Source: Escherichia coli (lineage in GTDB: Bacteria; Pseudomonadota; Gammaproteobacteria; Enterobacterales; Enterobacteriaceae). Taken from it: 64,000 nucleotides of DNA. The notes under the pieces were generated by a model. That model saw only the letters and a list, made by a program, of their open reading frames with translations. It ran no database searches and was not told the origin of the DNA. The DNA lies in NCBI RefSeq assembly GCF_050920415.1, contig NZ_CP169309.1. One strand, given 5' to 3'. The translations under genes were made by a program, and so were the position numbers. Shown one piece after another: positions 37,992 to 49,409 of this stretch (its first letter is position 1; each line of letters starts with the position of its first letter).

Positions 37992-38084
37992 ACCGGCGCA
38001 GAGGAGACCATGCCGGATTTAAGACGCGGATGCACTGCTGTGTGTACTGTAGAGTCTGGCGGATGTCGACAGACTCTATTTTTT
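37992..38084 (+). ncRNA. mcaS: McaS (IsrA) sRNA
   Basis: ACCGGCGCAGAGGAGACCAUGCCGGAUUUAAGACGCGGAUGCACUGCUGUGUGUACUGUAGAGUCUGGCGGAUGUCGACAGACUCUA followed by U7; matches recalled McaS with GGA motifs and its abgR-smrA intergenic location. Confidence 0.75.
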
Positions 38085-38093
38085 TATGCAGTT

Positions 38094-39002
38094 TTAACTT
38101 TGCAGATAGCCGCATTCTCGCCGAAATTGCGTGATTAATGACGCGGTCAGTGGTGTCTGGCGACTATCACGCCGCTGAATCAAATAATAGGCCGCTTTCG
38201 GTAAAATTTCGATAACCGGCAACATCACCAGCCCCTGTCCGTGCAAGGGATCGCAGCCCATTTCTTCAGGTAGTATGCTGAGAAAATCGCTTTTTGCCAC
38301 CAGACTGATACAGGCTGAAAACGTCTCGCAGACTACGCCGACCTGTGGCGTTTGCGCCTGATCGTCAAGCAATTCACTCAACTGTTTGTAGTAGCTGCCG
38401 TGTGGCGTCGGCATTGTCCAGCTGTAGTCCAGTAACTGTTTGATCGAACGGGCACCAATGGCGGGATGTCCCGGGCGGCAAAAGATCGCGAATTGCTTTT
38501 CCAGTAATTTCTCAAAAGTAAATTCGTGGTCGTAGGGTCCCTGATAATAGGTATTGATGGTGAAATCCAGTTCTCCCTGGCGCAATTCATTAATCATCGA
38601 CACCAGTTGCCCTTCCATAATGCGTACTTTTACCTGCGGATGCTGCTGATGAAAACGAGATATGACAGCTGGCATCAGACTGCGGGAAATACTGGCCCCC
38701 ATGCCGATATTAATTTGCCCTGCCAGTTGCCCTTGTCGTTGGCGAATATCCTCTTGCGCTGCGCGCAGCTCTTCAAGAATAAGACTGGCGTGCTGATAAA
38801 AACTTTCGCCGGCATCAGTTAACGTCACGCCTTTACTACGGCGAAAAAAGAGTTGTGCCGCTAACCCTTCTTCCAGCTCCTGAATAGATTTACTCAGTGC
38901 CGGTTGCGACATATTCAACATTCGGCTCGCTCCGCGAATGCTGCCCTGACGAGCCACTTCAACAAAAGCCCGAATTTGATGAATTTTTACCTGAAAAGCC
39001 AT
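38094..39002 (-). CDS. abgR: LysR-family regulator AbgR
   Basis: 302 aa ORF; N-terminal HTH (LNMSQPALSKSIQELE); divergent from abgA. Confidence 0.9.
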   Translation of the reverse strand: MAFQVKIHQIRAFVEVARQGSIRGASRMLNMSQPALSKSIQELEEGLAAQLFFRRSKGVTLTDAGESFYQHASLILEELRAAQEDIRQRQGQLAGQINIGMGASISRSLMPAVISRFHQQHPQVKVRIMEGQLVSMINELRQGELDFTINTYYQGPYDHEFTFEKLLEKQFAIFCRPGHPAIGARSIKQLLDYSWTMPTPHGSYYKQLSELLDDQAQTPQVGVVCETFSACISLVAKSDFLSILPEEMGCDPLHGQGLVMLPVIEILPKAAYYLIQRRDSRQTPLTASLITQFRRECGYLQS

Positions 39003-39177
39003 GACGCCACCGATAACCGTTATTTATCAGACCAAAGAAACTGGCATCTACTTTAATGCAGATGATTGTGTCAGGGTAATTTATGAACGGTTAAAACTGT
39101 GAAAAATCAGTTAGTGATAAGTAAAAACTATCACTACGTGAACCGGGTCACATTTTTTACTGATGACGGGAAAGGTT

Positions 39178-40488
39178 ATGGAGTCTTTGAATCAATTTGT
39201 TAATTCGCTTGCCCCAAGATTATCGCACTGGCGACGTGATTTTCATCGCTATGCAGAGTCTGGCTGGGTGGAATTCCGCACAGCCACCCTTGTTGCAGAA
39301 GAATTGCACCAGCTCGGCTATTCACTGGCGCTGGGCCGCGAAGTCGTTAATGAAAGTAGTCGGATGGGACTACCTGATGAACTCACTCTACAGCGCGAAT
39401 TCGAGCGCGCTCTTCAACAAGGTGCGTTAGCACAATGGATCGCGGCTTTTGAAGGTGGTTTCACTGGCATCGTCGCCACCCTGGATACCGGTCGCCCCGG
39501 TCCGGTGATGGCTTTCCGTGTCGATATGGACGCGCTGGATCTCAGTGAAGAACGGGATGTCAGCCATCGCCCCTACCGCGACGGTTTTGCGTCATGTAAC
39601 GCCGGAATGATGCATGCCTGTGGTCATGATGGACATACCGCTATTGGGCTTGGGCTGGCGCACACCCTTAAACAGTTCGAGTCCGGACTTCACGGCGTCA
39701 TCAAACTGATTTTTCAGCCTGCAGAGGAAGGTACGCGTGGCGCGCGGGCGATGGTCGATGCAGGTGTAGTGGATGATGTTGATTATTTTACTGCCGTGCA
39801 CATTGGCACTGGCGTACCTGCGGGCACCGTGGTGTGCGGCAGTGATAATTTTATGGCAACAACCAAATTTGACGCGCACTTCACTGGTACCGCCGCTCAC
39901 GCAGGCGCAAAACCACAAGACGGTCACAATGCCTTACTGGCGGCAGCACAAGCAACTCTTGCGCTGCATGGAATCGCCCCGCACAGCGAAGGGGCTTCCA
40001 GAGTAAACGTGGGCGTTATGCAGGCAGGAAGCGGTCGTAATGTGGTTCCTGCCTCGGCGTTGCTGAAAGTTGAAACTCGAGGGGTCAGCGACGTCATCAA
40101 TCAATATGTTTTTGACCGTGCACAACAAGCGATTCAGGGCGCAGCAGCCATGTATGGTGTCGGCGTTGAAACTCGGCTGATGGGTGCAGCTACCGCCAGT
40201 TCTCCTTCGCCGAAATGGGTCGCATGGTTACAAAGCCAGGCGGCTCAGGTCGCGGGGGTCAATCAGGCCATTGAACGTGTTGAAGCGCCTGCGGGTTCCG
40301 AAGATGCCACATTAATGATGGCCCGCGTGCAGCGACATCAAGGGCAAGCCTCCTACATGGTATTTGGCACACAGCTGGCGGCAGGTCATCACAACGAAAA
40401 ATTCGATTTTGACGAGCAGGTTCTCGCTATTACCGTCGAAACGCTGGCGCGCACCGCGCTTAATTTTCCCTGGACGCGAGGTATCTGA
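39178..40488 (+). CDS. abgA: p-aminobenzoyl-glutamate hydrolase subunit A (M20 peptidase family)
   Basis: 436 aa from ATG at 39178; M20 metal-binding motifs (HACGHDGH). Confidence 0.9.
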   Translation: MESLNQFVNSLAPRLSHWRRDFHRYAESGWVEFRTATLVAEELHQLGYSLALGREVVNESSRMGLPDELTLQREFERALQQGALAQWIAAFEGGFTGIVATLDTGRPGPVMAFRVDMDALDLSEERDVSHRPYRDGFASCNAGMMHACGHDGHTAIGLGLAHTLKQFESGLHGVIKLIFQPAEEGTRGARAMVDAGVVDDVDYFTAVHIGTGVPAGTVVCGSDNFMATTKFDAHFTGTAAHAGAKPQDGHNALLAAAQATLALHGIAPHSEGASRVNVGVMQAGSGRNVVPASALLKVETRGVSDVINQYVFDRAQQAIQGAAAMYGVGVETRLMGAATASSPSPKWVAWLQSQAAQVAGVNQAIERVEAPAGSEDATLMMARVQRHQGQASYMVFGTQLAAGHHNEKFDFDEQVLAITVETLARTALNFPWTRGI

Positions 40489-41933
40489 TGCAGGAAATCT
40501 ATCGTTTTATCGACGATGCGATTGAAGCCGATCGCCAACGTTATACCGATATTGCTGATCAAATCTGGGATCATCCAGAAACACGTTTTGAAGAGTTCTG
40601 GTCAGCGGAACATCTGGCTTCGGCGCTGGAATCTGCAGGCTTCACCGTTACCCGCAACGTAGGCAATATCCCAAATGCCTTTATTGCTTCGTTTGGTCAA
40701 GGCAAACCGGTTATCGCCCTGCTGGGGGAATATGACGCCCTGGCAGGTTTAAGTCAGCAAGCAGGGTGCGCGCAACCTACATCCGCGACGCCCGGTGAAA
40801 ATGGTCACGGTTGCGGACACAATTTGCTCGGAACCGCCGCCTTTGCCGCAGCAATAGCCGTCAAGAAATGGCTGGAACAATATGGGCAAGGCGGCACGGT
40901 GCGCTTTTATGGTTGTCCTGGCGAAGAAGGCGGCTCGGGTAAAACGTTCATGGTCCGCGAGGGGGTATTTGATGATGTGGATGCGGCACTCACCTGGCAC
41001 CCGGAAGCCTTTGCCGGTATGTTCAATACCCGCACGCTGGCAAACATTCAGGCATCATGGCGCTTTAAAGGGATCGCAGCACATGCTGCAAATTCCCCTC
41101 ATTTGGGACGCAGCGCCCTTGATGCCGTAACGTTGATGACCACTGGCACCAACTTCCTCAACGAACATATTATTGAAAAAGCGCGCGTACACTATGCCAT
41201 CACAGAGAGCGGCGGGATCTCGCCCAACGTGGTCCAGGCGCAGGCAGAAGTGCTTTATCTTATCCGCGCCCCCGAAATGACCGACGTGCAGCATATTTAT
41301 GATCGGGTAGCCAAAATCGCCGAAGGTGCGGCATTGATGACCGAAACCACGGTTGAATGCCGCTTCGACAAAGCCTGTTCCAGTTATCTCCCTAATCGCA
41401 CCTTAGAAAAGGCCATGTACCAGGCTCTGTCCCATTTTGGAACCCCTGAATGGAAATCCGAAGAACTGGCTTTTGCGAAACAAATTCAGGCTACGCTCAC
41501 CCCCAACGATCGGCAAAACAGTCTGAATAATATCGCCGCAACCGGTGGAGAAAACGGCAAGGCTTTTGCACTACGTCATCGTGAAACGGTACTGGCGAAT
41601 GAAGTCGCTCCATATGCCGCCACCGATAACGTGCTTGCGGCATCAACTGATGTCGGCGACGTCAGTTGGAAACTGCCTGTTGCCCAGTGTTTAAGCCCCT
41701 GTTTCGCCGTCGGTACACCGCTACATACGTGGCAACTGGTTAGCCAGGGGCGAACGTCTATTGCTCATAAAGGAATGCTGCTGGCGGCGAAAACTATAGC
41801 AGCAACCACACTTAATCTCTTCATTGATTCAGGGCTATTGCAAGAATGCCAACAAGAGCATCAGCAAGTTACGGACACGCAACCGTATCACTGCCCTATC
41901 CCGAAAAACGTGACACCGTCACCTTTAAAATAA
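40488..41933 (+). CDS. abgB: p-aminobenzoyl-glutamate hydrolase subunit B (M20 peptidase family)
   Basis: 481 aa ORF, start overlaps abgA stop; M20 motifs (HGCGHNLLG). Confidence 0.9.
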   Translation: MQEIYRFIDDAIEADRQRYTDIADQIWDHPETRFEEFWSAEHLASALESAGFTVTRNVGNIPNAFIASFGQGKPVIALLGEYDALAGLSQQAGCAQPTSATPGENGHGCGHNLLGTAAFAAAIAVKKWLEQYGQGGTVRFYGCPGEEGGSGKTFMVREGVFDDVDAALTWHPEAFAGMFNTRTLANIQASWRFKGIAAHAANSPHLGRSALDAVTLMTTGTNFLNEHIIEKARVHYAITESGGISPNVVQAQAEVLYLIRAPEMTDVQHIYDRVAKIAEGAALMTETTVECRFDKACSSYLPNRTLEKAMYQALSHFGTPEWKSEELAFAKQIQATLTPNDRQNSLNNIAATGGENGKAFALRHRETVLANEVAPYAATDNVLAASTDVGDVSWKLPVAQCLSPCFAVGTPLHTWQLVSQGRTSIAHKGMLLAAKTIAATTLNLFIDSGLLQECQQEHQQVTDTQPYHCPIPKNVTPSPLK

Positions 41934-41969
41934 CAACAACAACGCAAACACAACAAACGAGGAATGCCC

Positions 41970-43496
41970 ATGAGTATGTCATCCATACCGTCGTCCTCCC
42001 AATCCGGGAAGCTCTATGGCTGGGTCGAAAGAATTGGTAACAAGGTTCCCCATCCTTTTTTGCTCTTTATCTATTTGATTATCGTACTCATGGTGACGAC
42101 GGCAATTTTGTCGGCCTTTGGCGTCAGTGCGAAAAACCCGACCGATGGTACGCCAGTGGTCGTGAAAAACCTGCTCAGTGTGGAAGGATTACACTGGTTT
42201 TTACCCAATGTGATTAAAAACTTTAGCGGTTTTGCCCCACTAGGCGCGATCCTGGCGCTGGTTTTAGGTGCCGGTCTGGCGGAGCGCGTCGGCTTACTGC
42301 CAGCGTTGATGGTTAAAATGGCATCGCATGTGAATGCTCGCTACGCCAGTTATATGGTGCTGTTTATTGCTTTTTTCAGCCACATTTCTTCCGATGCGGC
42401 GTTAGTGATCATGCCACCGATGGGGGCGCTGATTTTTCTGGCGGTGGGCAGGCATCCAGTTGCAGGTTTACTGGCCGCCATTGCAGGCGTCGGTTGCGGC
42501 TTTACAGCTAATTTACTGATTGTCACAACCGACGTGTTGCTGTCGGGGATCAGCACGGAGGCTGCGGCTGCGTTCAATCCGCAAATGCACGTCAGTGTAA
42601 TTGATAACTGGTATTTTATGGCCAGCTCCGTAGTCGTACTGACGGTTGTTGGCGGCCTGATAACCGACAAAATCATTGAGCCACGGTTAGGTCAATGGCA
42701 GGGAAACAGCGATGAGAAACTGCAGACATTGACCGAAAGTCAGCGTTTTGGTTTACGCATAGCAGGTGTCGTATCGCTACTTTTTATTGCTGCGATTGCG
42801 CTGATGGTGATCCCGGTAAACGGTATATTGCGCGATCCGATCAACCACACCGTGATGCCATCCCCCTTTATTAAAGGTATCGTGCCACTGATCATTCTCT
42901 TTTTCTTTGTGGTTTCGCTGGCTTATGGCATCGCTACCCGCACAATTCGACGTCAGGCGGATTTACCGCATTTAATGATTGAACCGATGAAAGAGATGGC
43001 GGGATTTATCGTGATGGTTTTTCCCCTCGCCCAGTTTGTCGCCATGTTTAACTGGAGCAACATGGGGAAATTCATCGCTGTGGGGTTGACCGATATACTC
43101 GAAAGTTCAGGGCTTAGCGGCATCCCGGCGTTTGTCGGTCTGGCGTTGCTTTCCTCTTTCTTATGCATGTTTATCGCCAGCGGTTCCGCAATCTGGTCGA
43201 TTCTGGCCCCCATTTTCGTACCGATGTTTATGCTACTTGGCTTTCACCCGGCATTTGCGCAAATCCTCTTTCGTATTGCCGACTCATCCGTATTGCCTTT
43301 AGCGCCGGTATCTCCTTTTGTTCCACTGTTTCTTGGATTCCTGCAACGCTACAAACCAGACGCGAAACTGGGTACTTACTATTCGTTAGTTTTGCCCTAT
43401 CCACTTATCTTTTTGGTGGTATGGCTGCTGATGTTGCTGGCGTGGTATCTTGTCGGTCTGCCGATAGGTCCGGGGATTTACCCTCGTTTGTCTTAA
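41970..43496 (+). CDS. abgT: p-aminobenzoyl-glutamate transporter AbgT
   Basis: 508 aa polytopic membrane ORF downstream of abgB. Confidence 0.9.
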
Positions 43497-43506
43497 GAGA
43501 GAACGG

Positions 43507-44022
43507 ATGCTGAGATTACTTGAAGAAAAAATTGCCACGCCACTAGGTCCACTGTGGGTGATTTGCGATGAGCAATTTCGCCTGCGGGCGGTTGAATGGG
43601 AAGAGTACAGCGAACGCATGGTGCAGTTGCTGGACATCCATTACCGCAAAGAAGGCTATGAACGCATTTCTGCCACCAACCCAGGTGGTTTAAGCGACAA
43701 GCTTCGTGAATATTTTGCCGGTAATCTTAGCATTATTGATACGCTTCCCACTGCCACGGGGGGGACGCCATTTCAGCGCGAAGTCTGGAAAACATTACGC
43801 ACAATCCCCTGCGGGCAGGTAATGCATTACGGCCAACTGGCTGAACAATTGGGCCGCCCCGGCGCGGCGCGTGCCGTAGGTGCGGCAAATGGATCGAATC
43901 CCATCAGCATTGTTGTGCCTTGTCATCGGGTCATTGGCAGAAACGGTACCATGACCGGATATGCAGGCGGAGTTCAGCGAAAAGAGTGGTTATTACGCCA
44001 CGAAGGTTATCTTTTGCTGTAA
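43507..44022 (+). CDS. ogt: O6-alkylguanine-DNA alkyltransferase Ogt
   Basis: 171 aa ORF with PCHRV active-site motif (VPCHRVIG). Confidence 0.93.
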
Positions 44023-44183
44023 ACATTAAACAATTTGTGCCAGCTTGTTCACACTTTTATGTAAAGATACCCTTAACAACTTAAGGGTTTTCAAATAGAT
44101 AGACATATATTTACATCTAATATCGGAATTCTCTGCTGTTAAGGTTTGCTTAGACTTACTTGCTCCCTAAAAAGATGTTAAAA

Positions 44184-44197
44184 TTGACAAATATCAA
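44184..44197 (+). promoter_or_regulatory. FNR box in the fnr promoter (autoregulation site)
   Basis: TTGAC-aaat-ATCAA palindrome about 20 bp upstream of the fnr start codon. Confidence 0.7.
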
Positions 44198-44216
44198 TTA
44201 CGGCTTGAGCAGACCT

Positions 44217-44969
44217 ATGATCCCGGAAAAGCGAATTATACGGCGCATTCAGTCTGGCGGTTGTGCTATCCATTGCCAGGATTGCAGCATCAGCCAGCTT
44301 TGCATCCCGTTCACACTCAACGAACATGAGCTTGATCAGCTTGATAATATCATTGAGCGAAAGAAGCCTATTCAGAAAGGCCAGACGCTGTTTAAGGCTG
44401 GTGATGAACTTAAATCGCTTTATGCCATCCGCTCCGGTACGATTAAAAGTTATACCATTACTGAGCAAGGCGACGAGCAAATCACTGGTTTCCATTTAGC
44501 TGGTGACCTGGTGGGATTTGATGCAATCGGCAGCGGTCATCACCCGAGCTTCGCGCAGGCGCTGGAAACCTCGATGGTATGTGAAATTCCGTTCGAAACG
44601 CTGGACGATTTGTCCGGTAAAATGCCGAATCTGCGTCAGCAGATGATGCGTCTGATGAGCGGTGAAATCAAAGGCGATCAGGACATGATCCTGCTGTTGT
44701 CGAAGAAAAATGCCGAGGAACGTCTGGCTGCATTCATCTACAACCTGTCCCGTCGTTTTGCCCAACGCGGCTTCTCCCCTCGTGAATTCCGCCTGACGAT
44801 GACTCGTGGCGATATCGGTAACTATCTGGGCCTGACGGTAGAAACCATCAGCCGTCTGCTGGGTCGCTTCCAGAAAAGCGGCATGCTGGCAGTCAAAGGT
44901 AAATACATCACCATCGAAAATAACGATGCGCTGGCCCAGCTTGCTGGTCACACGCGTAACGTTGCCTGA
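44217..44969 (+). CDS. fnr: anaerobic global regulator FNR
   Basis: 250 aa from MIPEKR; N-terminal Cys cluster (CAIHCQDC), cNMP-like domain, C-terminal HTH (ETISRLL). Confidence 0.95.
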
Positions 44970-45120
44970 TTTTTCCGCATCACTCACTATCCTTCTGTCA
45001 TATCATTAAATTTTTCTGATTTATTGATCTGGCAGAAGGTTCATCACTGTTTCATTCACCAGATATGGGTTAATCTTTTAATTACAAACTGCGTTGACAG
45101 TTGTTGTAAGGAGACCCTGT

Positions 45121-46071
45121 ATGGCTATGTATCACAACATGCTCGTTGTTATCGATCCTAACCAGGACGACCAACCAGCATTGCGGCGAGCTGTTTATTT
45201 ACATCAACGGATTGGTGGCAAAATTAAAGCCTTTTTGCCGATCTATGACTTCTCATACGAAATGACCACCCTGCTCTCCCCGGACGAACGTACCGCTATG
45301 CGTCAGGGCGTCATCAGCCAACGAACAGCCTGGATCCACGAGCAGGCAAAATATTATCTCAATGCTGGCGTTCCCATTGAAATTAAAGTGGTCTGGCATA
45401 ACCGTCCATTCGAAGCCATCATTCAGGAAGTGATCAGCGGCGGGCACGATTTGGTGCTAAAAATGGCGCACCAACATGACCGTCTGGAAGCGGTGATTTT
45501 TACGCCAACGGACTGGCATCTGTTACGCAAATGCCCAAGCCCGGTGTGGATGGTGAAAGACCAGCCGTGGCCGGAAGGGGGTAAGGCGCTGGTGGCGGTG
45601 AATCTCGCCAGTGAAGAGCCGTACCATAATGCGCTCAATGAAAAACTGGTCAAAGAGACGATCGAACTGGCAGAACAAGTCAACCATACCGAAGTTCATC
45701 TGGTTGGCGCTTATCCGGTAACGCCAATTAATATCGCGATTGAACTGCCGGAATTTGACCCGAGCGTTTATAACGATGCCATTCGTGGGCAACATTTGCT
45801 GGCAATGAAAGCTCTGCGGCAGAAATTCGGCATTAATGAAAACATGACACACGTAGAAAAAGGTCTGCCCGAAGAGGTGATTCCTGATTTGGCGGAGCAC
45901 TTACAGGCGGGGATTGTGGTTCTGGGCACGGTCGGACGCACCGGTATTTCAGCAGCATTCCTTGGCAACACGGCGGAACAGGTGATTGATCATCTTCGCT
46001 GCGACCTGCTGGTCATTAAACCTGACCAGTATCAGACACCCGTTGAACTGGATGACGAAGAAGACGATTAA
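45121..46071 (+). CDS. uspE: tandem-domain universal stress protein UspE
   Basis: 316 aa from [12 protein letters not shown]; two Usp domains. Confidence 0.9.
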   Translation: MAMYHNMLVVIDPNQDDQPALRRAVYLHQRIGGKIKAFLPIYDFSYEMTTLLSPDERTAMRQGVISQRTAWIHEQAKYYLNAGVPIEIKVVWHNRPFEAIIQEVISGGHDLVLKMAHQHDRLEAVIFTPTDWHLLRKCPSPVWMVKDQPWPEGGKALVAVNLASEEPYHNALNEKLVKETIELAEQVNHTEVHLVGAYPVTPINIAIELPEFDPSVYNDAIRGQHLLAMKALRQKFGINENMTHVEKGLPEEVIPDLAEHLQAGIVVLGTVGRTGISAAFLGNTAEQVIDHLRCDLLVIKPDQYQTPVELDDEEDD

Positions 46072-46092
46072 CGACTCTTCAATAACTGACAA

Positions 46093-46118
46093 GGCCCGAG
46101 TTATCGGGCCTATTTTTT
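46093..46118. terminator. bidirectional intrinsic terminator between uspE and ynaJ
   Basis: GGCCCGA...CGGGCC hairpin followed by TATTTTTT. Confidence 0.7.
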
Positions 46119-46120
46119 AC

Positions 46121-46378
46121 TTACTGCTCTTCGCCGCCAAGGAAATAAATACCCAACGGGATTGCCAGCAACACAGTAAAGACCAGGCTATAAACAAAAA
46201 TCATCGATGACTGAATCACATACATTGATGTCGTCCACTCAGACAGCGGAATATTGTACTGTTCTATAACGCCGCCGATGGTCGCGCGAGTCACAACCGA
46301 CGCCGCAATAATGAAAACCGCCAACAAACCAAAGAGAAATTTCTTCCCTTTCGCTGACTTCAGTTTCGCCATAATCAT
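46121..46378 (-). CDS. ynaJ: small inner-membrane protein YnaJ
   Basis: 85 aa ORF with two hydrophobic helices. Confidence 0.8.
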   Translation of the reverse strand: MIMAKLKSAKGKKFLFGLLAVFIIAASVVTRATIGGVIEQYNIPLSEWTTSMYVIQSSMIFVYSLVFTVLLAIPLGIYFLGGEEQ

Positions 46379-46621
46379 GATGTAATCCTTGTGCAGACAA
46401 ATTTCTTGTTACCTAAACGTAACAATACCATGACATTTCACCGTTGTCTGCTCTGAAAACCTCACCTCTTAGCTGGATTTACAATCAACGCATTGATTAG
46501 TTAGCTAATGTTGCTACTTCCTTCCCTGACTATTGATGATCTGAATGAATTGTCGCGGTAAAATAGCCCCGCCAGGGGTTTCCGGCATGACGACAATTAT
46601 CTGGAGGAGCCTGATAAAACA

Positions 46622-47653
46622 ATGATCGCTGAACTGTTTACAAATAATGCGCTTAATCTGGTCATTATTTTCGGTAGCTGCGCAGCATTGATTCTGATGA
46701 GCTTTTGGTTTCGCCGCGGAAATCGTAAAAGAAAAGGATTTTTATTCCATGCGGTGCAATTTTTCATCTACACCATAATTATCAGTGCTGTTGGTAGCAT
46801 CATTAATTATGTTATAGAAAACTACAAACTCCAATTTATCACTCCAGGCGTTATCGATTTTATCTGTACGTCCCTGATTGCTGTTATTCTGACGATTAAG
46901 TTATTTCTGCTGATTAATCAGTTTGAAAAACAGCAGATTAAAAAAGGTCGTGATATCACCAGTGCGCGGATTATGTCGCGTATCATCAAAATCACCATTA
47001 TTGTGGTACTTGTTTTGCTTTATGGCGAACATTTCGGCATGAGCCTTTCTGGCTTGCTGACCTTTGGTGGTATTGGTGGTCTGGCTGTTGGTATGGCCGG
47101 TAAAGATATTCTGAGTAACTTCTTTTCCGGGATTATGCTCTATTTCGACCGTCCTTTCAGTATTGGCGACTGGATCCGTTCACCGGACAGAAATATCGAA
47201 GGTACAGTAGCGGAAATTGGCTGGCGAATTACCAAAATTACGACCTTTGATAATCGTCCGTTATACGTCCCGAACTCGCTGTTTTCGTCTATCAGCGTAG
47301 AAAACCCGGGGCGAATGACCAACCGACGTATTACCACGACAATCGGTTTACGTTATGAGGATGCGGCAAAAGTGGGAGCCATTGTCGAAGCCGTACGTGA
47401 GATGCTTAAAAATCACCCGGCCATCGACCAGCGACAAACCTTACTGGTTTATTTCAACCAGTTTGCTGACTCGTCATTGAATATTATGGTTTATTGCTTT
47501 ACCAAAACCACAGTATGGGCTGAATGGCTTGCCGCCCAGCAGGATGTTTATTTGAAGATTATCGATATTGTACAGTCACACGGCGCGGATTTCGCGTTCC
47601 CAAGCCAGACGCTGTATATGGATAACATTACACCACCAGACCAGGGTCGTTAA
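46622..47653 (+). CDS. ynaI: MscS-family mechanosensitive channel YnaI
   Basis: 343 aa ORF; N-terminal TM helices and MscS-like beta domain; no IS element between ynaJ and ynaI. Confidence 0.88.
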   Translation: MIAELFTNNALNLVIIFGSCAALILMSFWFRRGNRKRKGFLFHAVQFFIYTIIISAVGSIINYVIENYKLQFITPGVIDFICTSLIAVILTIKLFLLINQFEKQQIKKGRDITSARIMSRIIKITIIVVLVLLYGEHFGMSLSGLLTFGGIGGLAVGMAGKDILSNFFSGIMLYFDRPFSIGDWIRSPDRNIEGTVAEIGWRITKITTFDNRPLYVPNSLFSSISVENPGRMTNRRITTTIGLRYEDAAKVGAIVEAVREMLKNHPAIDQRQTLLVYFNQFADSSLNIMVYCFTKTTVWAEWLAAQQDVYLKIIDIVQSHGADFAFPSQTLYMDNITPPDQGR

Positions 47654-47666
47654 TTCAGACATCACT

Positions 47667-47690
47667 GGCGTTACCCACAAGGGTAACGCC
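47667..47690. terminator. hairpin between convergent ynaI and mppA (putative terminator)
   Basis: GGCGTTACCC-acaa-GGGTAACGCC perfect inverted repeat; weak T-run. Confidence 0.4.
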
Positions 47691-47698
47691 AGTTCACA

Positions 47699-49309
47699 TC
47701 AATGTTTCACAATATACATAGTCCGGCTATACGCCACATCTTCCGGGTTATTAATGGGATAACCTTTCAGCCACGGCTTGATTAATCGTCCATTGGTATA
47801 TTGATAAATTGGTGCAATCGGTGCTTGCTCCATGAGGATTTTTTCTGCCGCATTGTAATCGGCATTACGCGCTTTAACGGTATTTTCCGTCGATGCCTGG
47901 GCCAAAACTTTGTCGTAGGCCGGGTTGTTAAAGCGTGAAATGTTGCCTGAATGCGTTGACGTTAATAATGTCAGGAAGGTGGAGGGTTCATTATAATCCC
48001 CCACCCACGAGGCGCGGATAACATCAAAATTACCTGTATTACGACTATCGATATAGGTTTTCCATTCCTGATTTTGCAGTTTGACATCTACACCAAGGTT
48101 CTTTTTCCACATCGATGCCACAGCAATCGCAATTTTTTGATGGTTTTCTGAAGTATTATACAAAAGCGTCAGCTTCAGCGGTTTTTGCGGACCATAACCG
48201 GCTGCGCTCAACAAAGTTTTTGCCTGCGCATTCAGTTCTTCCTGACTCATTTGTTCAAACGGCGAAGGCTCCGGCGTGAATCCGGCAGTAACATCTGGCG
48301 TAAAATGCCACGCTGGTTTTTCGCCCGTCCCCAACACTTTTTCGGTCATCAGGCGGCGATCTATCGTCATACTTAATGCCAGACGAACGCGCTGATCTGC
48401 CGTCGGCCCTTTTTGCGTGTTAAACGCATAATAATAGGTTCCGAGCTGCGGCGGTGTATAAACCTGCCCCGGAATATCCTTCAACAGCTTCTGATACATA
48501 TTTTTGGGGAAGGATTCGGTGATATCAATATCCCCCGCGAGATAACGCTTAGTGGCTGCGGATTCCTGATTAATTGGCAGGAAGGTCACTTTTTGCAACA
48601 CCGTTTTGGCGTTATCCCAATAATGGGTATTTGGCACCACGACCAGTTTTTCATTGACTACACGCTCTTTAAGAACATAAGCGCCATTGCCGACCAGATT
48701 TCCGGGTTTCGTCCACTCTTTCCCGCTTTCTACGTTAGCTTTTTGCACCGGGAAGAAGGCAAAATTGGCTGTTAAATTCACAAACCACGGCAACGGTTTA
48801 TCAAGCTGGATTTTCAAAGTACGGGCATCAACCGCGGTGACGCCTAGCTGATCAGGCGTAGCTTTACCATCAATAATCGCCTGTGCGTTGTTGATTCCCG
48901 CCAGCGCGGCAAACCAGGCAAACGGCGACAACGTTTTTGGGTCAACCAGACGTTGCCAGCTGTAGACAAAATCCTGTGCCGTTACCGGTGTGCCATCCGC
49001 CCATTTTGCGTTATCGCGCAGGGTGAAAGTCCAGATACGGTTGTCATTACTTTTCCACTGAGTCGCAACGCCGGGGACAATCTCCCCTTTCTCGTTCTGA
49101 TTCACCAGTCCTTCAAAAAGATCGCGAATGACCTGAATCTCTGGCAGACCCACGGCTTTAGCGGGATCCAGCGACGCAGGCTCATCTTTAATATGGCGCA
49201 CCAGCTCCTGCTTCTCTGCCAGTACTGTGCCGCTCGGAACTTCTGCAGCATACGAAAGAGACATTATGCAAAGTGGCAAAAACGATATATAAATCATGAT
49301 TTTATTCAT
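47699..49309 (-). CDS. mppA: periplasmic murein tripeptide-binding protein MppA, with an AT-rich, apparently replaced 5' end
   Basis: OppA-family SBP sequence; start taken at MNKIMIYISFLPLCIMSLSYA/AEV signal peptide (ATG at 49309); the first ~20 codons and upstream DNA are AT-rich, unlike the rest of the gene. Confidence 0.85.
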   Translation of the reverse strand: MNKIMIYISFLPLCIMSLSYAAEVPSGTVLAEKQELVRHIKDEPASLDPAKAVGLPEIQVIRDLFEGLVNQNEKGEIVPGVATQWKSNDNRIWTFTLRDNAKWADGTPVTAQDFVYSWQRLVDPKTLSPFAWFAALAGINNAQAIIDGKATPDQLGVTAVDARTLKIQLDKPLPWFVNLTANFAFFPVQKANVESGKEWTKPGNLVGNGAYVLKERVVNEKLVVVPNTHYWDNAKTVLQKVTFLPINQESAATKRYLAGDIDITESFPKNMYQKLLKDIPGQVYTPPQLGTYYYAFNTQKGPTADQRVRLALSMTIDRRLMTEKVLGTGEKPAWHFTPDVTAGFTPEPSPFEQMSQEELNAQAKTLLSAAGYGPQKPLKLTLLYNTSENHQKIAIAVASMWKKNLGVDVKLQNQEWKTYIDSRNTGNFDVIRASWVGDYNEPSTFLTLLTSTHSGNISRFNNPAYDKVLAQASTENTVKARNADYNAAEKILMEQAPIAPIYQYTNGRLIKPWLKGYPINNPEDVAYSRTMYIVKH

Positions 49310-49352
49310 ATATTTTTTAACCTTAAAATAATATGGTACACACAATGGTACA

Positions 49353-49380
49353 CAAAAAGAAACGAGGCGTTAGCCTCGTT
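49353..49380 (-). terminator. intrinsic terminator downstream of the prophage tail-fibre gene
   Basis: AACGAGGC-gtta-GCCTCGTT hairpin followed on the minus strand by TCTTTTTGTG. Confidence 0.6.
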
Positions 49381-49409
49381 TCGCGGCGATGTTCTTCGCA
49401 CATCACCTC

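Noticed and set aside
37992-38120. A 42-codon plus-strand ORF starting at ATG 38010 (MPDLRRGCTAVC...)
   Set aside because: It lies within the McaS sRNA and runs through its terminator hairpin; the GGAG upstream is a McaS GGA motif rather than an SD
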